32,000 nt of DNA from a cyanobacterium endosymbiont of Braarudosphaera bigelowii (GTDB taxonomy: Bacteria; Cyanobacteriota; Cyanobacteriia; Cyanobacteriales; Microcystaceae). The translations under genes and the position numbers were made by a program. Positions 9,519 to 20,304 of this stretch are shown here, in pieces (position 1 is the stretch's first letter; each line of letters begins with the position of its first letter). The stretch spans positions 720,001 through 752,000 of the forward strand of contig NZ_AP024987.1 in assembly GCF_020885515.1 (NCBI RefSeq). Reading direction: 5' to 3'. Below the pieces are notes generated by a model. It made no database searches. It had not been told where the DNA came from and worked only from the letters and a program-made list of their open reading frames with translations.

Positions 9519-12089
9519 ATGACAATCCCTCAGGATCGAATTATTCCAACAAATTTAAGTAATGAGATGTCTCGTTCTTATTTAGAATACGCAATGAGTG
9601 TAATCGTAGGACGAGCTTTACCTGATGCAAGGGATGGCCTGAAACCTGTTCATAGACGCATTTTATATGCTATGTATGAACTAGGATTAATTCCAGAACG
9701 ACCTTTTCGCAAATGTGCTCGTGTTGTGGGAGAAGTGTTGGGAAAGTATCACCCTCATGGAGATACAGCTGTTTACGATGCTTTGGTACGTATGGCCCAA
9801 AATTTTTCTATGCGTAGTCCTCTTGTTGACGGGCATGGAAACTTTGGGTCAATAGATAATGATCCTCCTGCGGCTATGCGTTACACAGAATGCCGATTAA
9901 GGGAATTATCAACTGATGCTTTACTGCGTGATATAGAGTCTGAAACCGTAGACTTTGCAGATAATTTTGATGGTTCGCAACATGAACCTGTTGTACTTCC
10001 TGCTAGAATACCACAACTACTTCTTAACGGTTCTTCTGGTATTGCTGTAGGTATGGCAACTAATATCCCTCCACATAATTTAGGGGAGTTGATCGATGGA
10101 ACTATTGCTTTAATGCACAATCCAGAACTAGAAAATAAAGATCTTATTAAAATAATTCCTGGACCTGATTTTCCCACAGGAGGACAAATACTAGGCCGCT
10201 CAGGTATTCATGAAGCCTATATGACAGGTCGTGGCTCTATTACAATGAGAGGAGTAGCAAAAATTGAAACTTTAGAATATCAAGGACGTTCTAATAAAGA
10301 AGCAATAATAATCACTCAACTGCCATATCAAACAAATAAGTCTGCCTTGATTGAACGTATTGCTGATATGGTGAATGATAAACGTATCGATGGCATTTCT
10401 GATATTCGTGATGAAAGTGATCGTGATGGAATGCGTATTGTCATTGAATTAAAAAGAGATGCCCATCCCAGAGTAGTTCTTAATAATATCTATAAACAAA
10501 CTCCTGTTCAAATAAATTTTGGAGCTAATATGTTGGCTTTGGTTAAAGGAGAACCGCAACTTTTAACTCTGAAGAATTTTCTTACTGTCTTTATTGACTT
10601 TCGAGTTGAAACTATTACTCGGCGCTCTAAATACGAACTTAAAAAAACTGAAGAAAGGAATCACTTACTGGAGGGACTTCTAGTTGCATTAGACAATTTA
10701 GACCATATCATTTCTACTGTTCGTAGTGCGGCTGATTCAATGACTGCAAAGAGAAGTTTAACGAGTCAGTTCGAACTTTCAGATATTCAAGCAGATGCTA
10801 TTTTACAGATGCAGCTACGTCGTCTTACTGCTTTAGAGGCAGAAAAAATACATGCCGAGCATCAAGAATTACAAATAAAAATTGCTAATATAAATGATAT
10901 TTTATCTAAAAAAGAACGTATAGAAGCCATTATAGAAGAAGAGTTAATTCAAATTAAGAATACCCATGGTACTCCTAGATACACAGAGATTATTCATGAT
11001 GAAGGAGAAATTGTAGATACTGATCTTATCGCTAACGAGCAAGCTATTATACTTCTCACTGAACACGGGTATATTAAAAGAATGCCTGTTAGTTCTTTTG
11101 ATGCACAACAACGAGCAACGAGGGGAAAAGCTGCAGCAAAAATAAAAGAAAACGACGTAGTAGAACACTTCTTGACCTGTTGTGATCATGATGTAGTGCT
11201 CTTTTTTAGCGATAGAGGAGTCGTTTATGCTACTAAAGCTTATCAAATTCCTTCTTCCTCCAGAACATCAAGAGGAATTCCTATTATACAAATGCTCTCT
11301 ATTTCTAAAAATGAAAAAATAACTTCTATTATTGCAGTTAGTGAATTCAGAGAAGATATTTTTTTAGTGATGTTGACTTGTCAGGGCTATATTAAGAAAA
11401 CTGCTCTTGCCGCTTTTCGTAATATAAGAACTAATGGACTAATTGCTATTTCACTTGAAGAGGGGGATCAGTTACGGTGGGTAAGATTAACCAGAGAAGA
11501 AGATAGTATAATTCTAGGTACTCGTTTGGGAATGGCTATTCATTTTCATGCAGATCACCAACAGTTAAGACCTCTTGGTCGAGCTACAAGAGGCGTTAAA
11601 TCGATGAAATTAAAGAAAAAAGATGAATTAATTAGTATGGATATCCTTCTCTCTAAAGTAACTCTGGGGATAGAAGTTTCTCAAGAAAATGAAGATATTT
11701 TAGAAGTTGAAGTTGAAGAATTGATTGAAGAAGAAGCTAATACAGGACCATGGATTTTGGCTATTACTAATGGGGGATATGGGAAAAGAATTCCTATTAC
11801 ACAATTTCGTTTACAACGCCGTGCTGGTATGGGAGTAAGAGCAATTAAATTTAAATCAGATAAAGATCATCTAACATCATTGCGCGTTGTCAATGCAGAA
11901 GATGAATTAATGATTGTTTCTAACCGAGGTATTATTATTAGGCAAGTTGTAAAAGCAATTTCTTTACAATCTCGTTCTGCTACAGGGGTTAGAGTACAAC
12001 GGTTAGATGAAGATGATGCTATTGCTGCAGTTGCCCTTGTACCTCCTGCCCCTGAAACAAAAGAAGAGAATGAAGAAACTAAATCATAA
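9519..12089 (+). CDS. gyrA: DNA gyrase subunit A
   Basis: 856 aa; [38 protein letters not shown], catalytic AAMRYTE, C-terminal beta-pinwheel repeats. Confidence 0.97.
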   Translation: MTIPQDRIIPTNLSNEMSRSYLEYAMSVIVGRALPDARDGLKPVHRRILYAMYELGLIPERPFRKCARVVGEVLGKYHPHGDTAVYDALVRMAQNFSMRSPLVDGHGNFGSIDNDPPAAMRYTECRLRELSTDALLRDIESETVDFADNFDGSQHEPVVLPARIPQLLLNGSSGIAVGMATNIPPHNLGELIDGTIALMHNPELENKDLIKIIPGPDFPTGGQILGRSGIHEAYMTGRGSITMRGVAKIETLEYQGRSNKEAIIITQLPYQTNKSALIERIADMVNDKRIDGISDIRDESDRDGMRIVIELKRDAHPRVVLNNIYKQTPVQINFGANMLALVKGEPQLLTLKNFLTVFIDFRVETITRRSKYELKKTEERNHLLEGLLVALDNLDHIISTVRSAADSMTAKRSLTSQFELSDIQADAILQMQLRRLTALEAEKIHAEHQELQIKIANINDILSKKERIEAIIEEELIQIKNTHGTPRYTEIIHDEGEIVDTDLIANEQAIILLTEHGYIKRMPVSSFDAQQRATRGKAAAKIKENDVVEHFLTCCDHDVVLFFSDRGVVYATKAYQIPSSSRTSRGIPIIQMLSISKNEKITSIIAVSEFREDIFLVMLTCQGYIKKTALAAFRNIRTNGLIAISLEEGDQLRWVRLTREEDSIILGTRLGMAIHFHADHQQLRPLGRATRGVKSMKLKKKDELISMDILLSKVTLGIEVSQENEDILEVEVEELIEEEANTGPWILAITNGGYGKRIPITQFRLQRRAGMGVRAIKFKSDKDHLTSLRVVNAEDELMIVSNRGIIIRQVVKAISLQSRSATGVRVQRLDEDDAIAAVALVPPAPETKEENEETKS

Positions 12090-12111
12090 ATTAATAGAAA
12101 TTTGTGAGCGA

Positions 12112-14019
12112 TTAATCCGAAACAACTTCACGTTTTGATAAAGATTGATTTAATAGTTGGCGAAATTCTTTTCCTTCGATAGTTTCTTGATCAATTAGTA
12201 CATCAACTAAGTGGTCAACTAGTATACGGTTATCAGAAATAATCTTTTCTGCTTTCTGATAACAAACCTTAACTATAGAACGAACCTGAAAATCAATTTT
12301 TTCTGCAACTCCTTCGGAGTATTCAGATTGAACAACATTATCAAAACCAAAAGAGCTTTTATCATCTTTTTCTAAGGCTACTAATCCTAGTTCTGACATT
12401 CCGAAGCGAGTTACCATTTGTCTAGCTAGATAAGTTACCTTCTCAAGATCATTACCCGCTCCTGTAGTAACTTCATCTTGCCCAAATACTACTTCTTCTG
12501 CTACACGTCCTCCTAGCAAGCCAGATATTCTAGCCAATATTTGATTACGAGTAATTAATGCTGATTCTTCTTCGGGAGTAAACCAAGTTAATCCTTTCGC
12601 TTGTCCTCTAGGAATTAGAGTCACTTTCTCTACTGATTCATGTTCAGGAATTATCGATCCTACCAAAGCATGGCCAATTTCATGATATGCAATTAATCTT
12701 TTACTTTTACTATCAATTAAGGGCGCTCCTTCCATTCCAGCAACGACTCTATCTATAGCATCATAAATTTCTGTCATAGAAATAGTTTTTTTCCTTCTTC
12801 TAGCCGTAAAAATTGCAGCTTCGTTCAATAAATTAGCCAAGTCAGCACCTGTAAAACCTGGGGTACGCCTAGCAACGGTCTCTAAAGAAACATTCTCACT
12901 AATTTTTTTATCTCGAGAGTGAACTTCTAGAATGCCTTCTCTTCCTTTAAGATCAGGGTAGTCAACAATAACTTGTCTATCAAAACGTCCAGGCCTTGAT
13001 AAAGCCGCATCTAAAACATCAGGACGATTAGTAGCAGCAATTAAAATAATTCCTGAATTTCCTTCAAATCCATCCATTTCTGTTAATAGCTGATTAAGAG
13101 TTTGTTCTCTTTCATCATTACCACCACCATATCCAACTCCTCTTTGACGACCAACAGCATCTATTTCATCAATAAAGATCAAGCAGGGGGTGTTTTCTTT
13201 AGCTTTTTTAAATAGATCTCTAACTCGTGAGGCACCAACCCCGACAAACATTTCTACAAATTCTGAACCAGAAATACTAAAGAAAGGTACTCCAGCTTCT
13301 CCGGCTATCGCTTTAGCCAAAAGGGTTTTACCAGTTCCTGGAGGTCCGACTAACAATACTCCTTTAGGAATTTTTGCTCCAATAGCAGTGAACTTTTCTG
13401 GTTCCTTGAGAAAAGTTACAATCTCTTGTAATTCTTCTTTTGCTTCATCAATTCCAGCTACGTCTTCAAAAGAGATACCTGTACTTGCTTCCATTTGGAA
13501 ACGAGCTTTAGATTTACTAAAATTAGTCGTTTGACCTGAAATATTCGTAGACCTTCGAACAATAGTAATAACAATTACTAGTATTAAGAGCAAAATCGGG
13601 ACTTGGAGAAGTAAACGTACTGCAGTAGAGTTATCAGATGATGGACTATAGTTAATTTTTACATTATTAGCCTTTAAGATCTGAATTAATTCAGGATTTT
13701 TTTCAAATAAAGTAACTTGTTTAACTACATCATCATTATTAAAATTAACTTGTGCTTTTTGTAATCTAGGATCAATTTCAATTAAACCTATTTTACCTGA
13801 TTCAATGTCTTCAAATAATTCACTGTAACTATACGAATCTTTTTTCTGTTGTCCAAAACAAGGAGAACAAGTTAATAATAGATTAAGTAAAATCCCAGTG
13901 GCTATTAAACTGTTCGTTTTTTTTGACTTGAATTTATGATCCTGTAAACATGTTATATCTTTCTTATACATTGTATTTAATTTATATTTTGATATTGGTA
14001 AAAAGGAAGAATGCTTCAT
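12112..14019 (-). CDS. ftsH: ATP-dependent zinc metalloprotease FtsH
   Basis: 635 aa; two TM segments, Walker A GPPGTGKT, Walker [13 protein letters not shown], zinc site HEIGH. Start could be the internal Met (MYKKD...). Confidence 0.95.
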   Translation of the reverse strand: MKHSSFLPISKYKLNTMYKKDITCLQDHKFKSKKTNSLIATGILLNLLLTCSPCFGQQKKDSYSYSELFEDIESGKIGLIEIDPRLQKAQVNFNNDDVVKQVTLFEKNPELIQILKANNVKINYSPSSDNSTAVRLLLQVPILLLILVIVITIVRRSTNISGQTTNFSKSKARFQMEASTGISFEDVAGIDEAKEELQEIVTFLKEPEKFTAIGAKIPKGVLLVGPPGTGKTLLAKAIAGEAGVPFFSISGSEFVEMFVGVGASRVRDLFKKAKENTPCLIFIDEIDAVGRQRGVGYGGGNDEREQTLNQLLTEMDGFEGNSGIILIAATNRPDVLDAALSRPGRFDRQVIVDYPDLKGREGILEVHSRDKKISENVSLETVARRTPGFTGADLANLLNEAAIFTARRRKKTISMTEIYDAIDRVVAGMEGAPLIDSKSKRLIAYHEIGHALVGSIIPEHESVEKVTLIPRGQAKGLTWFTPEEESALITRNQILARISGLLGGRVAEEVVFGQDEVTTGAGNDLEKVTYLARQMVTRFGMSELGLVALEKDDKSSFGFDNVVQSEYSEGVAEKIDFQVRSIVKVCYQKAEKIISDNRILVDHLVDVLIDQETIEGKEFRQLLNQSLSKREVVSD

Positions 14020-14097
14020 ATTTGTCGGCTTAAAGAAGTTTTTCTTATTATGAACGATGAGATAGTATTCTTGTATAAAATCTAAAAAACGATTTAT

Positions 14098-15795
14098 CTA
14101 TGGTTTTGAATTATGATTCGTTGTTTTTTTTAGGTAATCATTGCTAATTAAACTGTTTCCAATTCCCTGTAAAATTCCTTTACCGACTAATCCAATACTA
14201 CGACCAACTATTTGGGTCAGAAGATAAACTATGGCATTTCCAGATATTTTTAGTAGAGAGCTTAAAGGTAATGCTATCGCATCTCTAATTTCTAAGATAA
14301 TTGTAACAGACCAGGGTATTCTACTTAATTTGTTAAGTTCTTTTTGTCTAGGTGCATAAACAAATATAAGATTTATTCCTTTATCTTCTAAGAAAAAAAG
14401 TTGATGTTGGCTTTCAAAAATGTTTTTAGGTTCTTGCCAATATTCATTTTTTCTATATTCCCATGCTAGTCGATTTCTGAATTTTGCTAATTCTCTAGTT
14501 GAAATCATATTTGTATGAAATAAATTTTCTTTAACTTTTTCATTACTTGAAAAATCGTTTAGTATTAATGCTATAGTTCCGTTTGAGACTTGTATTATAG
14601 CGTTATGTAAAGCTTTTTCTATTTTTTCTGTTAAACTTATAGTTATGTTTAATGTTGAAACTTGCTCTTCTATACAAACATTTTTTAACAGTAAATAATT
14701 TAATAGTTCTATACAAAAAGGAATTTTATTTAATATTTCTTTAGATATTAAAGATTCGTTATCTTTAATAATTTGCTCAAGCTCCTGTAAAGAAATATTT
14801 TGGGGAATTGCACAATATTTTTCAATAAAAATTAAAGAAGATTCTCTCCATAATTTTTGCAAAACTGATAAGCTACTTTTGACAGCTCTTCCATCTCCTA
14901 TCTCAATAAAATTCATATCTTCTATAATTCGATAAAAGTGTTTAGTGACTATTTTCAAAAGCTCTCTTTTTTTATCGTTTTCTAATATATCGATTTCTAA
15001 ATGAACCTTGGTGAAGTTATTAATATTTTTTTCAATTTTCTCAAGAGCTCGGTTAAAGATTATTAAACTATTTATAGGTTGAACTGAACTATTTGTAACC
15101 CAAAAATTTTTTAAGAAGGAATCATCTTCTAATTCATTATTTGGTTTATCAGACTTAATCTTAGGGCCATTGATGTTAAACAGTTTTGCTAATAGCCAAG
15201 AAACTACTAAGGTCTCTCTTTTTTTTCCCTTCCAAAAAAAAACATTGAACTTAGATGTTGAAGGTTTTTTTAAAGTTTCATCAATGCAGACTAAATTATT
15301 TTCAATGAGTTTAATAATGTATCTTTGGACATAAGATGTCCAATCCTTTTTTATTGTTCGAGAAGTATATTTAATAAACTGATTATTTAGAGAAGTTGAT
15401 TTATATAAAAATTTATTTTGAATTATTTCTTCTAAATTATTTATCAATATATTAATTTCAGTATTTTTGTCGAAATACCCTCGGATACCTATTTTTTGAA
15501 ATTCCTCTTCTTCCTCAGTACTAAAATAACGGCTTAAACAACATAACCGTATATTTGGATACTGTTTTCTAACTTGTATACAAAATTTTTTAATTGCTAA
15601 AAAGCTATTAAATAAGTTAGGTTCAAAAATAATTATGTCAGGCAGGCTAATTGATAACTTTAGAAAAGTATCGGTTAAATTATCAGTCTGATGAATAATC
15701 TTATATCGAGAACTTTTACTTAAGGCTGTTGCTAGACCTAGGAGAAAAACTTGATCTGTATCTAGAATCAGTATAGAAATGGAGCTATCACTCAC
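14098..15795 (-). CDS. DUF3685 / Ycf55-like protein with N-terminal receiver-like domain
   Basis: 565 aa; N-terminus ILILDTDQVFLLGLATAL...PDIIIFEPNL...RLCCLSRYFSTEEEEEFQKIGIRGYFDKN is receiver-like; C-terminal part matches the cyanobacterial/plastid Ycf55 pattern (LEDKGINLIFVYAPRQKELNKLSRIPW). Confidence 0.75.
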   Translation of the reverse strand: MSDSSISILILDTDQVFLLGLATALSKSSRYKIIHQTDNLTDTFLKLSISLPDIIIFEPNLFNSFLAIKKFCIQVRKQYPNIRLCCLSRYFSTEEEEEFQKIGIRGYFDKNTEINILINNLEEIIQNKFLYKSTSLNNQFIKYTSRTIKKDWTSYVQRYIIKLIENNLVCIDETLKKPSTSKFNVFFWKGKKRETLVVSWLLAKLFNINGPKIKSDKPNNELEDDSFLKNFWVTNSSVQPINSLIIFNRALEKIEKNINNFTKVHLEIDILENDKKRELLKIVTKHFYRIIEDMNFIEIGDGRAVKSSLSVLQKLWRESSLIFIEKYCAIPQNISLQELEQIIKDNESLISKEILNKIPFCIELLNYLLLKNVCIEEQVSTLNITISLTEKIEKALHNAIIQVSNGTIALILNDFSSNEKVKENLFHTNMISTRELAKFRNRLAWEYRKNEYWQEPKNIFESQHQLFFLEDKGINLIFVYAPRQKELNKLSRIPWSVTIILEIRDAIALPLSSLLKISGNAIVYLLTQIVGRSIGLVGKGILQGIGNSLISNDYLKKTTNHNSKP

Positions 15796-16238
15796 AGTTT
15801 TAAAGGTGAAGGCTAACGAAGTTAATAATTTAAATCAATTTTATTGTAGACATTTATATTGAAATAAATCAATATAATAACTATTTATCGGAATTTAATT
15901 TTTTTTGTATTGACTACACTATCTCATGAAGAGTAAATATAAGAAAACTTGTCTGATCGTATTATTTTTCTGGGAAATAAATCAATATTTAGATCTTTAT
16001 AATATTAGTTTTTATAACCTTATTAAATTGAGCTGAATGTCTATCAAAATATATTAAAAAACTATATATAGGTTTCTCTGTACATGAAGGCTTAATGCGA
16101 TCTTCAAGAAAATTAAGACAATAATGCTAATCTCTTACTTAAACCAAGACCTATACGATGACAAAAGATAACATAACTTTTCAGGTATTAACTAGAAGTA
16201 TAACCTATAAAGAACTCATATTTAATTTTTAATGCCTA

Positions 16239-17198
16239 TTATTGATTTTTCTCTTTTTTAATCTTACTTAATGTCATCAGATTTTCAATAGTTGTACAAT
16301 AATTATTTATTCCAAAATCAAAAGGTATCGTGGTCTTTTTATAAGTAAAATGGCGATAGTTCATAGAAAAATAATCCCATGCTTCCATACGCAATCTGAA
16401 AATTTTAATAAATATATTTGCTAAAGTAATTGACAATGGAATTCGAAAATAAATCTGTTTATCTAAGTACTTGCATATCTTCTCTACAGCTTCATTTACT
16501 GTCGTTTTTTTATTACCTAAAACAATATCTTTATTCGCCAGAGTTAAGGATGGGTTCTGAATTACATATTTAATAATTTGAGCAATATCTTTTGCATGAA
16601 TATAATGAAAACTTCCATCTACTTTAAAGAAACGTATCAAATTTATCCATTTTATGACATCATTGATTCCACCTGATAAATGAGAATATGGTTTGTCTTT
16701 TTCTCCTCCAAAGACTAAAGTAGGAAAAACTGTAACAATCTTATTATAAATAGACAATTCTTGTAATCGTATGTAACATTGATACTTAGTTCGCACATAG
16801 TTAGTACCTAAAGTTTTTGCTTCAAGTAGTGGTTTACTATTACTATTTAAGATGCTCGCTGTAGAGAAGTAAATAATTTGTTGACATATCTCAGGATCCA
16901 ATAAGTTAATTAAATCTATAGTTGAACTTACATTAATTTCGTAAGATTCTACATCACCTCCCCAACTTGTCGCAGCTAATATAGCGACATTAACTGTCTT
17001 CAAGAAATTACTTAGTTGATTTATATTTTTTAAATCTTCTTTGATTAAATGTATTCCAGGACGACTATTATAATCAAATAGCAGTTTATCTGGATTTCTC
17101 ACTAAAAAATAAAGCTCATAGCTTGTATGGTTAATTAAAGTTTCTGCTATATAGTGTCCTATACATCCACTTGCACCTGTTATGAAAATACGTTTCAT
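16239..17198 (-). CDS. NAD-dependent epimerase/dehydratase (extended SDR)
   Basis: 319 aa; Rossmann motif FITGASGCIGHYIAE and YxxxK (YVRTKYQCY) region. Confidence 0.8.
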   Translation of the reverse strand: MKRIFITGASGCIGHYIAETLINHTSYELYFLVRNPDKLLFDYNSRPGIHLIKEDLKNINQLSNFLKTVNVAILAATSWGGDVESYEINVSSTIDLINLLDPEICQQIIYFSTASILNSNSKPLLEAKTLGTNYVRTKYQCYIRLQELSIYNKIVTVFPTLVFGGEKDKPYSHLSGGINDVIKWINLIRFFKVDGSFHYIHAKDIAQIIKYVIQNPSLTLANKDIVLGNKKTTVNEAVEKICKYLDKQIYFRIPLSITLANIFIKIFRLRMEAWDYFSMNYRHFTYKKTTIPFDFGINNYCTTIENLMTLSKIKKEKNQ

Positions 17199-17310
17199 TA
17201 GTTATTTTGATAATACTTTAGGCAACAGAAAAATTGCAGTATCTTTCTATTGCCGATATATTGTAACAGACTTTAAAGCTATGTCTATGCTGTTGAGTTT
17301 CACAATTTAA

Positions 17311-18375
17311 TTAGATAGTAAAAGTTGCTAATTGATTAATTTGCTTAGCTGTTTCGAAGAAAAAACGAACATTATCTTCTGGTGTACCGACCAATATTCC
17401 ATGGCCTAAATTTAAAATATGTCTACCTTTACCAGCTTTCTGTACTGTGTTTAAAATACGTTCTTTGATAAATTTTTGAGAACCAAATAATACACCGGGA
17501 TCAATATTACCTTGTACAATTATATTCTTATTCAAACGTTGTCTAGCTTCTGCCATATCTATTGTCCAGTCAAGACTTACGATATCTACTTCAGAGCATT
17601 CCATCTGATCTAGTTTGCCAGCACTGCCATTAATATAAAGAATAAGAGGAGTATCTGGATAATTTTTTTTAATTTGACGGACTACCTGCTGTTGATAAGG
17701 AAGAGCAAAAGATTCATAGTCTTGAGGACTTAACTGCCCAGCCCATGAATCAAATAACTGTATTATTTGAGCTCCACAAGCAATTTGATAACATGCATAA
17801 GTGGCTATTGCATCTGCCATTTTACTTAACAGTTGATGAAGAATTTTAGGCTCAGAAAAAGCCATGGCTTTAATAACAGCATAGTTTTTAGAACTTTTAC
17901 CTTCAATGGCATAAGCTGCTAATGTCCAAGGTGCACCAACAAAACCTAAAACAGTAGATTGATTACCTACTTCTTCTCTCAGAGCCTGTAAAATAATTTT
18001 TACAAAGGATAAAGATTCTTCAGGATTAAGATTATGTAAATTTTCAATCTGTTTTTGTGTACGAATTGCAGAAGTAATTATGGGGCCCTTATTGGCTACG
18101 ATGTCAAAATCAATACCCATTCCAGATAATGGAGTTAGTATATCTGAGAACATAATTACACCATCTGGCTGAAAAGCTTGCCAGGGTTGTAGAGAAATTT
18201 CAATAGCAAGATTAGGATTTTCTGATCTTGCTCGAAAACTAGGGTATTTATCTCGCAAATCTCGATATACCTTCATATAACGTCCAGCTTGTCTCATCAT
18301 CCAGACAGGTGGCCGATCTAAAATTTCTCCTCGTGCTGCACGAAGAAGATAGGGTGTATTGTCAGCTTCTTTCAT
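17311..18375 (-). CDS. hemE: uroporphyrinogen decarboxylase
   Basis: 354 aa; [58 protein letters not shown]. Confidence 0.96.
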   Translation of the reverse strand: MKEADNTPYLLRAARGEILDRPPVWMMRQAGRYMKVYRDLRDKYPSFRARSENPNLAIEISLQPWQAFQPDGVIMFSDILTPLSGMGIDFDIVANKGPIITSAIRTQKQIENLHNLNPEESLSFVKIILQALREEVGNQSTVLGFVGAPWTLAAYAIEGKSSKNYAVIKAMAFSEPKILHQLLSKMADAIATYACYQIACGAQIIQLFDSWAGQLSPQDYESFALPYQQQVVRQIKKNYPDTPLILYINGSAGKLDQMECSEVDIVSLDWTIDMAEARQRLNKNIIVQGNIDPGVLFGSQKFIKERILNTVQKAGKGRHILNLGHGILVGTPEDNVRFFFETAKQINQLATFTI

Positions 18376-18551
18376 ATAGCTTCCAAGGTAATAAATTTGC
18401 TTTTCTAGGCTATCATCAGGTGTAGCTTAGTTGTATAGGTTGTAACGAATATTTATTATTTTGTAATTTAATTACAAAATAACCTATTAAAATACGATAT
18501 TTTTTATTTATATTCTAGAAATAAAAATGAAGATAAAAATATTCAAAATAA

Positions 18552-19130
18552 TTATCTTTTAGCTATCAATAATTTAGCAGCCAAGGCTCCTCCTAAAAAA
18601 CCAAATAAGTGGCCTTGCCAAGAAATACCTGGTTGCGTAGGCAATAATCCAATAATTAGTCCTCCATACAAGAGAAATATGATGATGGATACACATATTG
18701 AAGTAATTTGTTTTTGAAAATAACCTCTTAGTAGTAAAAATCCTAAATAGCCAAAAATTAGTATACTTGCTCCGATATGTACAGAGTTTGCGGGACCAAA
18801 TAACCAAACACCTAGTCCGCCTATTGTCGTAGTTAAAAGGGTTACGATCCAAAAGTCATTAGTCTTTCGAAGCATAACGAAAGATCCCAATACTAAGAAA
18901 GGAATAGTATTATTAATTAAGTGAGATAAGTCTCCATGCAAAAAAGGTGCAAGAAAAATGCCTCGCAATCCTTTTATAGTATGAGGTTGAATACCTAAAT
19001 TATCTAATTTTCCATGAAAAACAAAAATATCAACTAATTCTACTATCCAAAAAATACTAACAAAGCTTCCTAAAATAATAAGTTGGTTTTTAACCTTCTT
19101 AGAAAAGTTGCTCTTAGATAATTGCCTCAT
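18552..19130 (-). CDS. rhomboid family intramembrane serine protease
   Basis: 192 aa; HGDLSHLINNTIPF, catalytic GASI, and distal WQGHLFGFLGG. Confidence 0.85.
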   Translation of the reverse strand: MRQLSKSNFSKKVKNQLIILGSFVSIFWIVELVDIFVFHGKLDNLGIQPHTIKGLRGIFLAPFLHGDLSHLINNTIPFLVLGSFVMLRKTNDFWIVTLLTTTIGGLGVWLFGPANSVHIGASILIFGYLGFLLLRGYFQKQITSICVSIIIFLLYGGLIIGLLPTQPGISWQGHLFGFLGGALAAKLLIAKR

Positions 19131-19212
19131 AATGTTTGTAAATGGGAATATTATTAATAATGATAACTATTAATGGTACATTTCATATAAATATTTAGTT
19201 CTATAAAGAATA

Positions 19213-19572
19213 ATGGATTCTATTGAAATACAAGGCATTCGTTGTTATGGTTACACTGGCTATTTGCCAGAAGAAAAAATTTTAGGACAATGGTTTGAGG
19301 TTAATCTTAGCTTAAGTCTAGATTTGAAAATTTCAGGAATAAGTGACTCAATTGAAGATACATTAAACTATTGCAACGTTATTAATATTGTTAAAGATGA
19401 AATCACTTCTGCTAATTTTTCTCTCATAGAAAAATTAGCAGAAACAATAGCTCAAAAAATATTATTCCTACCAAAAGTTCATAAAGTTAGAGTAAATTTA
19501 AGTAAGCTTTCACCTCCTATCCCTAACTTTAAAGGTAAAGTTACTGTTGATATTACTCGAAAACATATTTGA
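19213..19572 (+). CDS. folB: dihydroneopterin aldolase
   Basis: 119 aa; MDSIEIQGIRCYGYTGYLPEEKILGQWFEVN, DTLNYCNV, LIEKLAETIA. Confidence 0.9.
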   Translation: MDSIEIQGIRCYGYTGYLPEEKILGQWFEVNLSLSLDLKISGISDSIEDTLNYCNVINIVKDEITSANFSLIEKLAETIAQKILFLPKVHKVRVNLSKLSPPIPNFKGKVTVDITRKHI

Positions 19573-19731
19573 TATGTAATATATAAATTTGCTGTATGTG
19601 TAGTATTTTACTAATAGAATTATTGTTCTGTATTTAAATAATAATTCTATTAGTAAAAAATAAGATTCAATTTATTCGTTACATAATATGTTGAATATTT
19701 ATCTATTCAAATCATAAAAAACTTTTGTCTT

Positions 19732-20304
19732 ATGAATATTAATTCCGAAATTAGTAGATTATTGGATGTAATGCCTGCTTCTGGTAGGATGTTAGTCAAA
19801 ATCGTCAGTAAGTCCGGTCAATCAGAAGTGATTAAGATACCTTTTCCATTTCTTTGGAATCGGAATAATAGATTAATTTACATTAATTTTGGTCTTTGGT
19901 GTCAATTAGCAGAAGGACAGCGAGATCTATTGATTTTACGTATTATCTTTCACTTAACAGATATTTACTCATTTAAACTTAACTTAAGCCAAATTATATT
20001 ATTATTTGGCGTTTTAGAATTATTTGTTAAAGCTATACAACAAGATACATTAGGAGTTTCAGTATTTGGAATATTAATTATTATTTTTATGAGACAATTT
20101 TGGTATGGTAATAGAAGCATTCAAAAAGAAATAGATATTGATAAAGACACAATAAAAGCGTCTGTCAAAAGAGGATATACACAAAGTAATGCAGCAAAAA
20201 ATCTATTAGAAGGTATTGAAAACATAGCTAAGCTAGAGGGTCATTCTCTATTAGAATCAAAATATTTAATTCGTCTAGAATATCTTCAATCTTTAATCCA
20301 CTAA
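19732..20304 (+). CDS. DUF3318-like conserved cyanobacterial protein
   Basis: 190 aa; EISRLLDVMPASGRMLVKIVSKSGQ...IPFPFLW N-terminus; two hydrophobic segments. Confidence 0.65.
   Translation: MNINSEISRLLDVMPASGRMLVKIVSKSGQSEVIKIPFPFLWNRNNRLIYINFGLWCQLAEGQRDLLILRIIFHLTDIYSFKLNLSQIILLFGVLELFVKAIQQDTLGVSVFGILIIIFMRQFWYGNRSIQKEIDIDKDTIKASVKRGYTQSNAAKNLLEGIENIAKLEGHSLLESKYLIRLEYLQSLIH

Noticed and set aside
9881-10177. 98-aa minus-strand ORF inside gyrA
   Set aside because: Antisense shadow ORF within highly conserved GyrA coding sequence.
10944-11246. 100-aa minus-strand ORF inside gyrA
   Set aside because: Antisense shadow ORF; no recognisable protein features.
13190-13534. 114-aa plus-strand ORF inside ftsH
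   Set aside because: Antisense to the FtsH AAA domain; a commonly mis-annotated mirror ORF.
18574-18852. 92-aa minus-strand ORF within the rhomboid gene
   Set aside because: Alternative frame on the same strand; the rhomboid frame carries the catalytic motifs.
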